In this document: positions 1-10,016 of the stretch, in pieces
Position numbering within the stretch: the first letter of the stretch is position 1
How the letters are laid out: the number at the start of each line of letters is the position of its first letter
DNA from: Candidatus Margulisiibacteriota bacterium
GTDB lineage: Bacteria > Margulisbacteria > Marinamargulisbacteria > JBFWNS01
Direction: 5' to 3'
Length of the DNA: 64,000 bases
NCBI GenBank assembly: GCA_050250935.1
Contig: JBFWNS010000007.1
Coordinates: forward strand, 32,001 to 96,000
Translations under genes and position numbers: made by a program
The notes under the pieces: model-generated
Told to the model about the DNA's origin: nothing
What the model saw: only the letters and a program-made list of their open reading frames with translations
Databases searched by the model: none

Positions 1-632
1 TGCATACCCTCCAGGTTGTGGATGTGATGGCCCACCATCGCACCGGAAATCCCACAACCGATGCGGTGTTGATGTTTGCCGCCCTTTGTCACGATTGTGG
101 AAAACCCGAAACCACGACGGTTTCCGAGGGTCGTATTCGATCCATTGGCCACGAACAGGTTGGGGCCCAAAAAGCCAGAACGTTCTTGTCCAAGTTAACC
201 CGCCAAAACGACCTGGTGGACGCCGTTTGTACCTTGGTAAAAGAACACATGGTTCCCGGCCAATTGTTTGGGGCCAATCAAACCAAACCCGTTCGGGACG
301 AGGTGATTCGTCGCTTGGCGGGTCGGATTCCCATTGCCCTCTTGGCAACTTTGGCCAGGGCCGATGGGTTGGGCCGGGTTCCGGTTGGATCGCTTCTTGA
401 TCCCCATGCTCCACATCCCCCCAGCGAGTGGTTGTTGCAACGGGCTACGGCCTTAGAGGTTCACGAAGGTCCTGCCAGACCCTTGCTTAAAGGCCAGGAT
501 TTTATGGATGTGGGTGTTCCGTCTGGCCCCGGTCTGGGAGCGAAGCTAAAAGTGGCTTACGAGGCCCAATTGCAAGGGGCTTTTTCCACCCGAACCGAGG
601 CCTTGGACTGGCTTCGAAAACAAAATGTTTAA
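1..632 (+). CDS. HD-domain tRNA nucleotidyltransferase (CCA/poly(A) polymerase family), C-terminal part, 5'-truncated by window edge
   Basis: Frame open to the edge (HTLQVVD...); AALCHDCGKPET..GHE HD motif; ARADGLGR; C-terminal PLLKGQDFMDVGVPSGPGLG..AYEAQLQG typical of CCA enzymes. Confidence 0.85.
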   Translation, partial: HTLQVVDVMAHHRTGNPTTDAVLMFAALCHDCGKPETTTVSEGRIRSIGHEQVGAQKARTFLSKLTRQNDLVDAVCTLVKEHMVPGQLFGANQTKPVRDEVIRRLAGRIPIALLATLARADGLGRVPVGSLLDPHAPHPPSEWLLQRATALEVHEGPARPLLKGQDFMDVGVPSGPGLGAKLKVAYEAQLQGAFSTRTEALDWLRKQNV

Positions 633-794
633 AGCGATCTTTTGGGTGGCATAACGAGAACATCCAAGTGAGAGCGAATTGCACAAAAGGGGGAAAAGGG
701 GAGTCCGAAAAAGGGGCAAAAAAGGGGGCCTCTAAGGGGAGGAGCGGGGGTTGGTGAACTTGCCAACCCCAAGCGATTCAGGCACAATGGGGCC

Positions 795-2216
795 GTGAAA
801 CCAACCTTGATTCAAACCCCTACTTTTTCTGAACAAACCCAAGCGGTTTTTGGACATTTAAAGGCCCAGGCCTCGCCGAAACGCATTTTGTGGGTTTACC
901 GCAACGATTTGGAACGACAACACCTGCAGCAAGCGGCTGCCTTGGCCGAATTTGATTCGGTCGACTGGGTGTATTGGCCGGCTTTTGTTTTGCAGTTTTT
1001 AATGGCTTTGGATGTTCCTGTCGCGTCGTGGGCGTGGGGGCAGGTGTCCGCTTTGGCTGCGGAGCTTTGTCAAAGTCCTCAAACGGCACCCCATGATTTT
1101 TGTCGCAACACCTTGCTTGTGGTGTCCGGTGCCCAGGCCTATGGTCCCGAGGATCAGCCGCTTTTGTCGGCCCTATCCACCTGCTTTGAAATGGTTCAAG
1201 CTACGGTTACTTCGGTGGCAATGCCCCAAGAAACCTGGGTTGCAGACAGCCCCGATTTGTTGCTGGCCGCTTTGGTTCACGATCATCATCAACGCTCCAA
1301 AAAAGAACCGTTTAAAACCCATGTGGTGATCACGGAATCTGTTTTCGATCTTCAACTTCAGCTCAAAACTTTGGGTCTTCGCCCCACAGCATTGGGGGCG
1401 CCTTCTGTTTTCGAAGCCCAGGAAGTTCGGGCTGTTGCGGCGTATCTTCGCCTGCATTTGAACCCCCAAGATACCGAAACCCTGTTTGAAATCTTGGCCA
1501 TGCCCCATCATCAATTTAACGAAGAGACAGCCCTTCAACTCAAGGCCCACGCTTTGCAACCGGGCCAGTCTTTGCTGAGTGTGGCCTCGACCTTGCCCAT
1601 TGCCCCAGAAGAAAAATTGTTTTTGCAGTGGTTGGCCGATATCACGGGGCCCATCGAAGACCTGCCCTTTGCCAACTCCGCTGCCTATTTGGAGCGGTTT
1701 ATGGGCCATGTGGTGACAGCCAGTGGGCTCGAGGCCTATTTGGACCACGAAGCCACAGAGACTGCTTTTGATGCCTGGGAAGCCATTCGCCAAGTCATGT
1801 ATTGGGCTCACGAAGAAGGGCTTAAGCCCTCGGACTTTTTGGCCCTAACCGCCTGGCCAGATCTGTGGCATGGGGTTCCAGCCGCCGATGTGGTGCTCAG
1901 TGGCTTTGATCCCAACGAGCTGGATGTACACCGCTATGTGTGGTTGCCTTCCCCTGCACAATCTTTGGACGGGGAAACTGTGTTGCTGACCGCTGGCCAT
2001 CCTTTGGCTGCGGGTGCCGAAGGGGTTGTGCCTATTACCTCGGATTCCTTGGGGCCTGCCATCGCCTCCGGGACTGTGGTCCTGCACCCCACTTGGGGAC
2101 GGGGGACAGTGTTGTCGGTGGCGGGTTCAGGTGAAACGGCGGTTTACACCATTGCTTTTGCCGACACCCAACGCCAGCTTATGGCCAAATACGCCGATTT
2201 GGCTGTGGAGCCTTAA
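795..2216 (+). CDS. Degenerate PcrA/UvrD-like protein (2B-like region plus C-terminal Tudor-like domain; no Walker A)
   Basis: FEAQEVRAVAAYLRLHLNPQD..ILAMP resembles UvrD/PcrA 'F..R.E.KD..AYLR...NP.D'; C-terminal V.HPTWGRGTV..V.GSG....I.F......L...YA.L matches the PcrA/UvrD CTD; no GxGKT or DExQD. Confidence 0.65.
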   Translation: MKPTLIQTPTFSEQTQAVFGHLKAQASPKRILWVYRNDLERQHLQQAAALAEFDSVDWVYWPAFVLQFLMALDVPVASWAWGQVSALAAELCQSPQTAPHDFCRNTLLVVSGAQAYGPEDQPLLSALSTCFEMVQATVTSVAMPQETWVADSPDLLLAALVHDHHQRSKKEPFKTHVVITESVFDLQLQLKTLGLRPTALGAPSVFEAQEVRAVAAYLRLHLNPQDTETLFEILAMPHHQFNEETALQLKAHALQPGQSLLSVASTLPIAPEEKLFLQWLADITGPIEDLPFANSAAYLERFMGHVVTASGLEAYLDHEATETAFDAWEAIRQVMYWAHEEGLKPSDFLALTAWPDLWHGVPAADVVLSGFDPNELDVHRYVWLPSPAQSLDGETVLLTAGHPLAAGAEGVVPITSDSLGPAIASGTVVLHPTWGRGTVLSVAGSGETAVYTIAFADTQRQLMAKYADLAVEP

Positions 2217-2219
2217 GCG

Positions 2220-2876
2220 ATGTACATCAAAGATATTTTTTATTCGATTCAGGGCGAGGGACCCTATATTGGCTATCCCCAAATTTTTGTTCGGTTTTAT
2301 GGCTGTAACATTCATTGCGACTATTGCGACGAGCCGGATTTTGTCAAAGACCGCAAAAAAATGACGGTTCCCCAGGTGTTGGAGGCCCTTCAGCCGTTTT
2401 TGTCCAAACCCGTCCATTCGATATCCATTACCGGTGGCGAACCCTTGATTCAAGTCGATGCGTTAAAAGCCTTGTTGCCTGTTTTGCCCAAGCCCGTCTA
2501 TTTGGAAACCAATGGCACCTTGCCCACCCATGTTGCGCAACTTAAGGAGCTCGTAACCTATTTTGCTGTGGATTATAAACCCGGGTTTGCAAAGCCGTTC
2601 GAGGCTTTTTTACGGGAAATCTCGGACCGAAAACATGTGTTTATCAAATATATTTTAAAAGCCGATTCCCCGCTTGAAGATGTGCGGTTGGCGGCCGAAA
2701 TCAGTCAGGCTGTTTTGGGCTATTGTCCCTTTATTTTGCAGCCTGTAACGCCTTTTGCCCTGGTGCAAGAAAAAGTCAGCGCAGAAAAAATCAACTTGGC
2801 TTTCGAGGCGATTGCCGATGTTGGTCTGGATGTTCGTGTGATTGGTCAAACCCACAAAGGCATGGGCCTTAAATAA
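2220..2876 (+). CDS. queE: 7-carboxy-7-deazaguanine synthase (radical SAM)
   Basis: [24 protein letters not shown] (CxxxCxxC), ITGGEP, LETNG. Confidence 0.9.
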   Translation: MYIKDIFYSIQGEGPYIGYPQIFVRFYGCNIHCDYCDEPDFVKDRKKMTVPQVLEALQPFLSKPVHSISITGGEPLIQVDALKALLPVLPKPVYLETNGTLPTHVAQLKELVTYFAVDYKPGFAKPFEAFLREISDRKHVFIKYILKADSPLEDVRLAAEISQAVLGYCPFILQPVTPFALVQEKVSAEKINLAFEAIADVGLDVRVIGQTHKGMGLK

Positions 2877-2904
2877 CTTAAGCTTTTACCCAAAGGAAAT
2901 TTTT

Positions 2905-3189
2905 ATGGATCATTTTTTGGTTACCTTGGATCAGTTGATTGCCAAACGTAAGGCCGAACTCCCCGAAGATTCGTACACCACGACCCTCTTCAAGGCTGGT
3001 GTGGATCGCATTCTCAGAAAAGTAGGCGAAGAAAGCGGCGAGGTGATTATTGCCGCCAAAAACCACGACAAAACCGAGTTGGCTGGCGAAGGCGCAGACC
3101 TGCTCTATCATTTGATGGTTCTGTTACACGCCGAAGGGCTTTCTTTGGCCGATGTGGTCCGTGTTCTAGAGGACAGACATCGCAGCTGA
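2905..3189 (+). CDS. hisE: Phosphoribosyl-ATP pyrophosphatase
   Basis: [43 protein letters not shown] upstream of ATG 2905. Confidence 0.92.
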   Translation: MDHFLVTLDQLIAKRKAELPEDSYTTTLFKAGVDRILRKVGEESGEVIIAAKNHDKTELAGEGADLLYHLMVLLHAEGLSLADVVRVLEDRHRS

Positions 3190-3311
3190 TTTTGCTATTT
3201 TTTTTTAATAATGTTTTGATTCTTTAAAAAATGGGTACACAAAACCTTGTGGTTATTTTTGTGTGCATTTTTTTTCGTTTTCCTTCGATAATTTTTAGCG
3301 AGTAAAGCTTT

Positions 3312-5081
3312 ATGATGAATTTTATTAAAAAACTGATTTCAACGCCTGGCCTTGGTTCAGGTCCTTTAGACCAACTTGGTCATGATCGTTCACAAGTCGA
3401 GCCACATACAGGTTTACAGGTTCCTCCACGAGGGCCTCGTCGAAGAGCGCAGTCAGATGCGAGTCGCCGATCTGGCATTAGCAGCGCTCCTGGTTCAGAT
3501 CAATCAGGTGCAATTGAGTTCCCAGGTGATACAAACAAAGTTCTTTTTGCCCCGCGGTTTTCCCAAAAACATGCAGCCGTTTTGGAAAAGAAAGCCGTGC
3601 CTATATATCCAGAGACAGAGGCTTTAAGACGGGGTCTAGAGGCCTTTGTGAAACGAACTGGGATGGATCAAATCGATGCCCATGAAAAGGCAAAATTCTT
3701 GGACAAAAAAGAGGCTGTCTCTGGGCAAGCTGATGATGAATTTTTAGCAGGACCTGCAAGAAAAATGAAGCTAGCCAAGCTGCTGTCCTACAACTTTAAT
3801 TGGTTGGCGGGATTGGTAGGGGTTACGCCTAGTCTAAACACTGATCAAGAGAAAATGCAGTTGTTTTCTGATTTCTTAATGGTTTTCTTTGTTAAAGACG
3901 ATCATACCGAATCTTTGAAAAAGGTTAAGCATGCTGAGCGGTTGAATACCGACATTTTACGCCTTTTAAGAGGCGAACCGCTCGAGGTGGTAGCCCCCTT
4001 AACGGATAAGTTCTACCAAAAACACGGTGTTCCAAGCTATTTTGCTGCATGGGTTGATATTCGCCGCCGACTTGTAGCATTGGGGGAGGATACTGACATT
4101 TTTATTTCGAGTATGACAAAGCAATTTCAGACCACCATTAAAGAGATTGAGGAAAAACAAGCTGCAAAGGGCCCATTTCCCTCTCAAGACCATTATCGAA
4201 AATTTAGAACCATTTCTTTGGGGCTGCGGGTTACCACTGCGTTTTTGGATATTCTGTTACGCAATCCGAATTTTTCTAGAAATTTTAGTGTAAGGGGAAC
4301 GCCCAGTGTTCCAATGCCACCGGTAAGTGAACCCTCATTGCCTGTTGTTTCCCATTCAGTTTCAGCCCATGTGCCCTCCCCCTCCTCTTTACCAGTAGGT
4401 ACTGCTGGAGAACCTGATGGTCTTTCGGGATCGTATGTGTCGACATCTTCGGCGCGATATAGTGGTTTGAATCAGGATTTTTCCGAGCTCCAAGAAACAT
4501 TGGATCTTAAGGTGGTTCGGGATAACGATGCGGTTTCTTTGGAAAAAGAATTAAGGGACTCTTTGACCGCTGCAGGGGTGAAAGAGGTTGAGGAGGTCAT
4601 TGATCGGTTGTTGGGTCGAGGTAAAGTTGATACCCGAAGTGCAGATGTAACGCTGCCTTTTGATATGGATGAATCCTTGGAAGCCAAGCCTAAAATTAGT
4701 GATTGGGCAGAGGTTGGGCCTAATACGCTGCTAACAGAGTTGGATCCTTCACTTCTGAAGCAATTGCCACTAAATTGGGTTTTGATTCGTGCCTACCATG
4801 ATGGAAAATCAGTTAGACAAGCCCTCGAAAGCGTGCTTAAAGATTCTAAGGCAGGGCTTGATGATATCCAGAGAAGTTTTGACCGATTGTTTCATGGTGT
4901 TTCACGGTCTGGAGAGGGGCTTAGTTCGGATCAAGAATGCCTTCTTGTACGGTTCTTATTTGTCTATGCCAATGCAGCCTGGTCTGTGGGTTCTGGGCGT
5001 TATGTAAAAGATCAAAAGCCGATGGGCTTCACAGATTGGCTGGCGCATATGAAAATACCAGTCCCGGGCACCGCTGTTTAA
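3312..5081 (+). CDS. Class I terpene synthase/cyclase-like protein with disordered insertions
   Basis: FFVKDDHTE (DDxxE), YRKFRTISLG (R sensor), NDAVSLEKE (NSE/DTE), NWVLI, WSVGSGRY (WxxxxxRY), all in canonical order. Confidence 0.8.
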   Translation: MMNFIKKLISTPGLGSGPLDQLGHDRSQVEPHTGLQVPPRGPRRRAQSDASRRSGISSAPGSDQSGAIEFPGDTNKVLFAPRFSQKHAAVLEKKAVPIYPETEALRRGLEAFVKRTGMDQIDAHEKAKFLDKKEAVSGQADDEFLAGPARKMKLAKLLSYNFNWLAGLVGVTPSLNTDQEKMQLFSDFLMVFFVKDDHTESLKKVKHAERLNTDILRLLRGEPLEVVAPLTDKFYQKHGVPSYFAAWVDIRRRLVALGEDTDIFISSMTKQFQTTIKEIEEKQAAKGPFPSQDHYRKFRTISLGLRVTTAFLDILLRNPNFSRNFSVRGTPSVPMPPVSEPSLPVVSHSVSAHVPSPSSLPVGTAGEPDGLSGSYVSTSSARYSGLNQDFSELQETLDLKVVRDNDAVSLEKELRDSLTAAGVKEVEEVIDRLLGRGKVDTRSADVTLPFDMDESLEAKPKISDWAEVGPNTLLTELDPSLLKQLPLNWVLIRAYHDGKSVRQALESVLKDSKAGLDDIQRSFDRLFHGVSRSGEGLSSDQECLLVRFLFVYANAAWSVGSGRYVKDQKPMGFTDWLAHMKIPVPGTAV

Positions 5082-5118
5082 ATCCAAATCCAGAAGCTCG
5101 GTTTTGAAGGGGATCGGT

Positions 5119-6405
5119 ATGTACCAACGCCTTAGAACTGCGGGCACAAAAGTGACCCAAGACGAACGAGAAAAACGCCGTATTATGCTGGTGAACAGCG
5201 TGTGTTTGTTTACCCTGATTCCGCCGGCTCTGTACTTTTTTGTGTTTCAATTTGCCCATGAACCTTTTTTGCAATGGATGACGATTCCGTTTGGATTGTC
5301 CTTTCTGATTCCCATTGTATTGAACCATTTTAACCGTACCATTGCGGCCAAATATGCCTGCGTTTTTTTGCTGAGTTTGGCCATTGTGATTTATAGCTCG
5401 TTGTTGGGAAAAGCTTCTGGTATTGGCTTGGTAACCTTTGCGGTTGCAGCCATTGCCGTGGTGGTTTTTGATCCCCAGCAACGCATCAAATTGAGTTTGT
5501 CTTTTTTGATTCCGGCTGCGACGTTTGTGTTTTTGGAAGTCACCCATTACCGCATTTTGCCCCGGGTTGTGATGGCCGATGCTTTTTTGGAAGTGTCTTA
5601 CATTTTAAGTATTTGTGTGACCTTTGGCTTAATTTTTGTGGTGTTGGCCTTTTTTACCTCTCAGCTGAACAAGGCCTATGAGATTTTAAAAACCCAGCGT
5701 CAAAAGCTGGATATGGCCGAACGCCACCAGGCCTATGCCCTTTTAACCCGGCACATTGCCCACGAACTTAAAAACCCTTTGGTGTCCATGCATGCCCAGG
5801 CCGAAGAATTCATTTATGCGGCTCAGCCGTCTTTGGACACGGCCAAAACCATGGCAGAGTTGATTATTAAGCAAGCCGAGCGCCTTAGTAAACTGATTTC
5901 CAGCATGTTGAAATATTCGGCTAAAAAACTGTCGACCGAAATGGTCAGTTTAAATCTGAATACCATCATTGCCGATTTGTTGGTGTTGTTCGAGGTTCAG
6001 GCCAGCCGAAAAATGGTGGGTTTGCAAGCCAAATTTGACCCTGAAATGCCAATGATGACGGGCAGCGACGATTTTATTCCCCAGGTTATTACCAATTTGG
6101 TGGCCAATGCCTTGGAATATACCCCAGCAGGGGGGCTGATTCGCATCGAAACGCGACAAGGAACCTTGCCTGGCAAAACCACGCCTTCGGCCATTATCGA
6201 GGTTTCGGATTCGGGGGTTGGGATTCCGGCCACCGATTTGCCCAAAATTTTTGAACCCTATTTTACTTCGAAGGCCCAAACCGAAAACGCGGGGTTGGGA
6301 TTGCCCTTGGTTAAGCGTATTGTCGAAGAACACCGGGGCATCATTCAGGTGAATAGCGAAGTTGGCAAAGGCACGTCATTTACGATTTTCCTGCCTGTAG
6401 GGTAA
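5119..6405 (+). CDS. Membrane-bound sensor histidine kinase
   Basis: Several N-terminal TM helices; IAHELKNPL H-box; NLVANA N-box; DSGVGI G1; FEPYFTSK F-box; GLGL G2. Confidence 0.93.
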   Translation: MYQRLRTAGTKVTQDEREKRRIMLVNSVCLFTLIPPALYFFVFQFAHEPFLQWMTIPFGLSFLIPIVLNHFNRTIAAKYACVFLLSLAIVIYSSLLGKASGIGLVTFAVAAIAVVVFDPQQRIKLSLSFLIPAATFVFLEVTHYRILPRVVMADAFLEVSYILSICVTFGLIFVVLAFFTSQLNKAYEILKTQRQKLDMAERHQAYALLTRHIAHELKNPLVSMHAQAEEFIYAAQPSLDTAKTMAELIIKQAERLSKLISSMLKYSAKKLSTEMVSLNLNTIIADLLVLFEVQASRKMVGLQAKFDPEMPMMTGSDDFIPQVITNLVANALEYTPAGGLIRIETRQGTLPGKTTPSAIIEVSDSGVGIPATDLPKIFEPYFTSKAQTENAGLGLPLVKRIVEEHRGIIQVNSEVGKGTSFTIFLPVG

Positions 6406-6415
6406 ACTCGAACCC

Positions 6416-7390
6416 ATGATTATTGTTACCGGTGGGGCAGGATTTATTGGCAGTGCGTTTGTGTGGCGGTGTAACCAGGCGGGGATTTCCGATATCTGGG
6501 TGGTCGACGATTTAAAAACCACAGACAATTGGCAGAATTTGGTTGCCCTTCGCTATCGCGAATACTCGCACAAAACCGATTTTATCGATCTTGTTTTGAA
6601 TCAAAAAATAGACCCTCAAACCATAACGGCCATTGTTCATATGGGGGCGTGTTCCGCAACCACCGAAACCGATGGTCATTTTTTAATGGAAAACAACTAT
6701 CGTTATACCCGGATTTTGGCCGAATGGGCTTTGGCCCATGGCATTCGGTTTATCTATGCCAGCAGTGCCGCAACCTTTGGCAATGGCGAGGCTGGTTTTG
6801 CGGATGATCATGACGTGATTCAGCATCTAAGACCCATTAATCGCTATGGCTATTCCAAGCAGTTTTTCGATTGGGTTGCCCTAGAAAATGGATGGCTCGA
6901 TCGGTTGGTGGGGCTGAAGTTTTTCAATGTGTTTGGACCCAACGAAGCCCATAAAGGGGATATGAAAAGTGTGGTGTGCAAAGCGTATTCTCAGATTCTC
7001 GATTCTGGGGAATTAAAATTGTTTAAATCGTATAAGCCCGACTATGCCGATGGCGGCCAGGTTCGGGATTTTGTGTATATCAAAGATGTGGTCGAGGTGA
7101 TGTGGTGGTTTTTGAACAACACGGTTGGTGGGATTTTTAACGTGGGAACAGGAAAAGCCCGCAGTTGGAACGATTTGGCTGGCGCGGTGTTTTCGGCCAT
7201 GAACAAACCCACACGCATTACCTATATCGACATGCCCGATAGCCTAAAAAACCAATATCAATATTTTACAGAAGCCCCTATGGACAAACTTCGCCAAGTG
7301 GGAGGGCCAGTGCCCCAAACAACTTTGGAAGCAGCGGTCCAAGACTATGTTCATGCCCATTTAAGCCAGGGCAAAGGGTTGGGCTGTTGA
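6416..7390 (+). CDS. hldD: ADP-L-glycero-D-manno-heptose 6-epimerase
   Basis: MIIVTGGAGFIGS, HMGACSATTE, YASSAAT, YGYSK, FFNVFGPNE.HKG.M.S, YQYFTEA. Confidence 0.93.
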   Translation: MIIVTGGAGFIGSAFVWRCNQAGISDIWVVDDLKTTDNWQNLVALRYREYSHKTDFIDLVLNQKIDPQTITAIVHMGACSATTETDGHFLMENNYRYTRILAEWALAHGIRFIYASSAATFGNGEAGFADDHDVIQHLRPINRYGYSKQFFDWVALENGWLDRLVGLKFFNVFGPNEAHKGDMKSVVCKAYSQILDSGELKLFKSYKPDYADGGQVRDFVYIKDVVEVMWWFLNNTVGGIFNVGTGKARSWNDLAGAVFSAMNKPTRITYIDMPDSLKNQYQYFTEAPMDKLRQVGGPVPQTTLEAAVQDYVHAHLSQGKGLGC

Positions 7391-8499
7391 GAAAAGTTGG
7401 CCTGGTTTTAACCGGTGGCGGTGCCCGGGGGGCCTATCAGGCTGGGGCGCTTCGGGCCATTAACGACATTATTGCCGATATGGACAATCCCCATCCGTTT
7501 CAAATTTTAACGGGAACCAGTGCCGGTGCCATTAATGTTGGATTTTTGGCGTCTCATGGCGAACAGTTTTCGGCTTCTACCCAAACCTTGCAATATTTGT
7601 GGGAATCCATGACCACCGAAAAGGTGTTTAAAATCGACCTTAAAACCCTCATCAAAATTGCCTCGCATTGGGTTTGGGATTTGTCGACCGGTAGTTTTAA
7701 CAAAACCAAAATGGCCAGGGCCTTGTTGGATACCGAGCCCTTGTATCATCTGATTCACCGTGAATTTAACCCCGTTGGTATTCATAACAACCTTCAACAG
7801 GGTTTTCTGGACAGTGTTGCCATTACAGCTGTGAACTATGCCACAGGCAGTAGCCGAACGTTTTTTCAAGGCAAAGGAACCCCATGGCAGCGCAACCGGC
7901 GCAGTGGGGAATCGGTGGTTTTGACCCCCAAGCACATCATGGCTTCTGCGGCATTGCCCTTGTTGTTTCCACCGGTGCAATTGGCGGATAACGACTATTA
8001 TGGGGATGGGAGTTTGCGCAACTATACCCCTTTAAGCCCAGCGATTCATTTGGGGGCCGAAAAATTAATGGTGATTGGGGTTCGCAGAGACGATGGCGAT
8101 GCCCCTATTGTCGGCGATCATTTCCCCAGTGTTGCCCGGATGCTGAGCGTGGTTTTGAATTCGATTTTGTTGGATGCCATCGATTTGGACTTTGAACGGA
8201 TGAGCCGCATTAATACCACCTTGTCCAAATTGCCCGATCAAACCAATACCAGCTTAAGGCCCATCGATGTTTGTATGTTGCGTCCCTCCGAAGATTTGGG
8301 TCGTATGGCCACCTTGGATTCCAAAAAAATGCCGGCCACCATCCGCTATTTGGTGCGGGGGTTGGGCAGCACCCACGAAGCCTCGGATCTGATCAGCTAT
8401 CTCTTGTTTGAGCCTGAATTTATAGACAAACTGATTCAGCTGGGCTACCAAGATACCCTTAAAAAAGCCGATGAAATTCGAACTTTTTTCTCGGAATAG
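7387..8499 (+). CDS. Patatin-like phospholipase
   Basis: GGGARGAYQAG, GTSAG (GxSxG), ASAALP, DGS. Confidence 0.92.
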   Translation: MRKVGLVLTGGGARGAYQAGALRAINDIIADMDNPHPFQILTGTSAGAINVGFLASHGEQFSASTQTLQYLWESMTTEKVFKIDLKTLIKIASHWVWDLSTGSFNKTKMARALLDTEPLYHLIHREFNPVGIHNNLQQGFLDSVAITAVNYATGSSRTFFQGKGTPWQRNRRSGESVVLTPKHIMASAALPLLFPPVQLADNDYYGDGSLRNYTPLSPAIHLGAEKLMVIGVRRDDGDAPIVGDHFPSVARMLSVVLNSILLDAIDLDFERMSRINTTLSKLPDQTNTSLRPIDVCMLRPSEDLGRMATLDSKKMPATIRYLVRGLGSTHEASDLISYLLFEPEFIDKLIQLGYQDTLKKADEIRTFFSE

Positions 8500-8568
8500 C
8501 GCTTTGTAGCAACTGGTTTTGAATGCAGGTATATACAGGTGGGTTGCTTTTCCGATAGAATTTTGGAC

Positions 8569-9471
8569 ATGCAAACCCAAGAACGTGTGTGGATCTTTAG
8601 CTTGATGGTGTTGTTTTTGCTGGCCATGGGGGTCTCTGTTTTTGCCCCTCAGATCCGCAAAACCTTGCCTTTGAAAACCGAATTTCAGCCCTCGAAAGGG
8701 GTGGGGGTCTTGTATGTTTATGGACCCTTGGAAACCGAAGCTTCGGGGGGATTTTTTGATCCTTCGGGTACCGATTCTTTAATCGATGCGTTGGAAGATA
8801 TGAAAACCAATCCCCGGGTTAAAGCCTTGGTCCTGCGCATCAACAGCCCGGGTGGGACGGTGGGCGCTTCTCAAGAACTGTTTCGGGAATTGGACCGGTT
8901 TAAACGAGAAACCCATAAACCCATTGTGGTCTCAATTGCCGATATGGGCACATCGGGTGCCTATTGGGTGGCCTTGTCTGGGGATAAAATTTTAGCCAAT
9001 CCCGGCAGCATGGTGGGCAATATTGGGGTGATTATGGGCAACTACGATTTGTCCGACTTGCAACAAAAATTTGGCATTGGTTTTAATACCATCAAAAGTG
9101 GTCCATACAAAGATGTGTTGTCCAGCTGGCGTAAACTGACACCAAACGATAAAGCGGTCTTGCAGGCCATGATTCAAGATGTGTACGAGCAGTTTGTGAA
9201 CCAAGTCAAAGTGTCCCGAAAATTGTCCGATCAAAGGGCTCACGATTTGTCGGATGGCCGCATTTATACCGGTCGTCAGGCCAAAGAAGCGGGATTGATC
9301 GACGGCTTTGGTGGGCTAAACGATGCCATTACCTTGGCCGGGTCTTTGGCTGGCATCAAAGGGAAACCCGACATTATTTCCAACGACCATTCGCCGGCCT
9401 TTAATTGGCGGCAATTGCTTAGAAACCAAGCCGTGTTTCAGGGGCAGGGCCCCATCAGGGGATTTCAATGA
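8569..9471 (+). CDS. sppA: Signal peptide peptidase SppA (S49, short type)
   Basis: N-terminal TM; LRINSPGG, SGAYW, GNIGV, KSGPYKD, DGRIYTG.QA...GLID. Confidence 0.92.
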   Translation: MQTQERVWIFSLMVLFLLAMGVSVFAPQIRKTLPLKTEFQPSKGVGVLYVYGPLETEASGGFFDPSGTDSLIDALEDMKTNPRVKALVLRINSPGGTVGASQELFRELDRFKRETHKPIVVSIADMGTSGAYWVALSGDKILANPGSMVGNIGVIMGNYDLSDLQQKFGIGFNTIKSGPYKDVLSSWRKLTPNDKAVLQAMIQDVYEQFVNQVKVSRKLSDQRAHDLSDGRIYTGRQAKEAGLIDGFGGLNDAITLAGSLAGIKGKPDIISNDHSPAFNWRQLLRNQAVFQGQGPIRGFQ

Positions 9472-10016
9472 ATTTGCTGTATCGCTATTTGGTTGCGCCT
9501 TGTTCTACCCTGGAGGCCAATGGTGGCCGAGTGCCCATGACAGAAGGTTTGGTCGTGGTGGGATTGTTGGCCCTGTCTTGGTGTTTAACCCCCGAAATTG
9601 GTGGCTATTTTACACTGGCTTTGTTGTCGGCACTGAGTGTTGGGGCTTTTATTTTGATTGGGGTCTTTATTCAGGCTGTAACCTTGGATTTTGTGGCCCA
9701 ATGGATGGGATTTAAAGCCCAAAGCAAAGCCTTGTTTGCTTGGTTTTGTTTGGGGTTAATGCCTTTGTTGTTGGGGGGGATTATTGGGGTGTTTGAACCT
9801 TTTTTGCCGACCTTGGTGGGAATGATCCATCTGGGACTTTGCTTGGGTGTGATGGTTTTGCAGTGGCAGACGTTAAGGGTGTTGTATGGGGCAAGCCCGG
9901 GGAAAACAACGGTTATCTATTTGTTTCCGGGTCTGATTTTTTTGTTGATTTCGGTCTTTTTAACCGTTTTGCTGATGGGCGTTGGGGTTGCCAGTATGGC
10001 CTCGGTGTTTAACTGA
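9468..10016 (+). CDS. Integral membrane protein, Yip1-like
   Basis: About 5 hydrophobic segments; overlaps sppA stop. Confidence 0.55.
   Translation: MNLLYRYLVAPCSTLEANGGRVPMTEGLVVVGLLALSWCLTPEIGGYFTLALLSALSVGAFILIGVFIQAVTLDFVAQWMGFKAQSKALFAWFCLGLMPLLLGGIIGVFEPFLPTLVGMIHLGLCLGVMVLQWQTLRVLYGASPGKTTVIYLFPGLIFLLISVFLTVLLMGVGVASMASVFN

Noticed and set aside
2220..2876. queE as part of a 7-deazaguanine DNA-modification (dpd) island
   Set aside because: No dpdA/tgt-like or other dpd genes adjacent; housekeeping context
7387..8499. Patatin as a CBASS effector
   Set aside because: Lies between hldD and sppA with no nucleotidyltransferase; resembles ordinary housekeeping patatins
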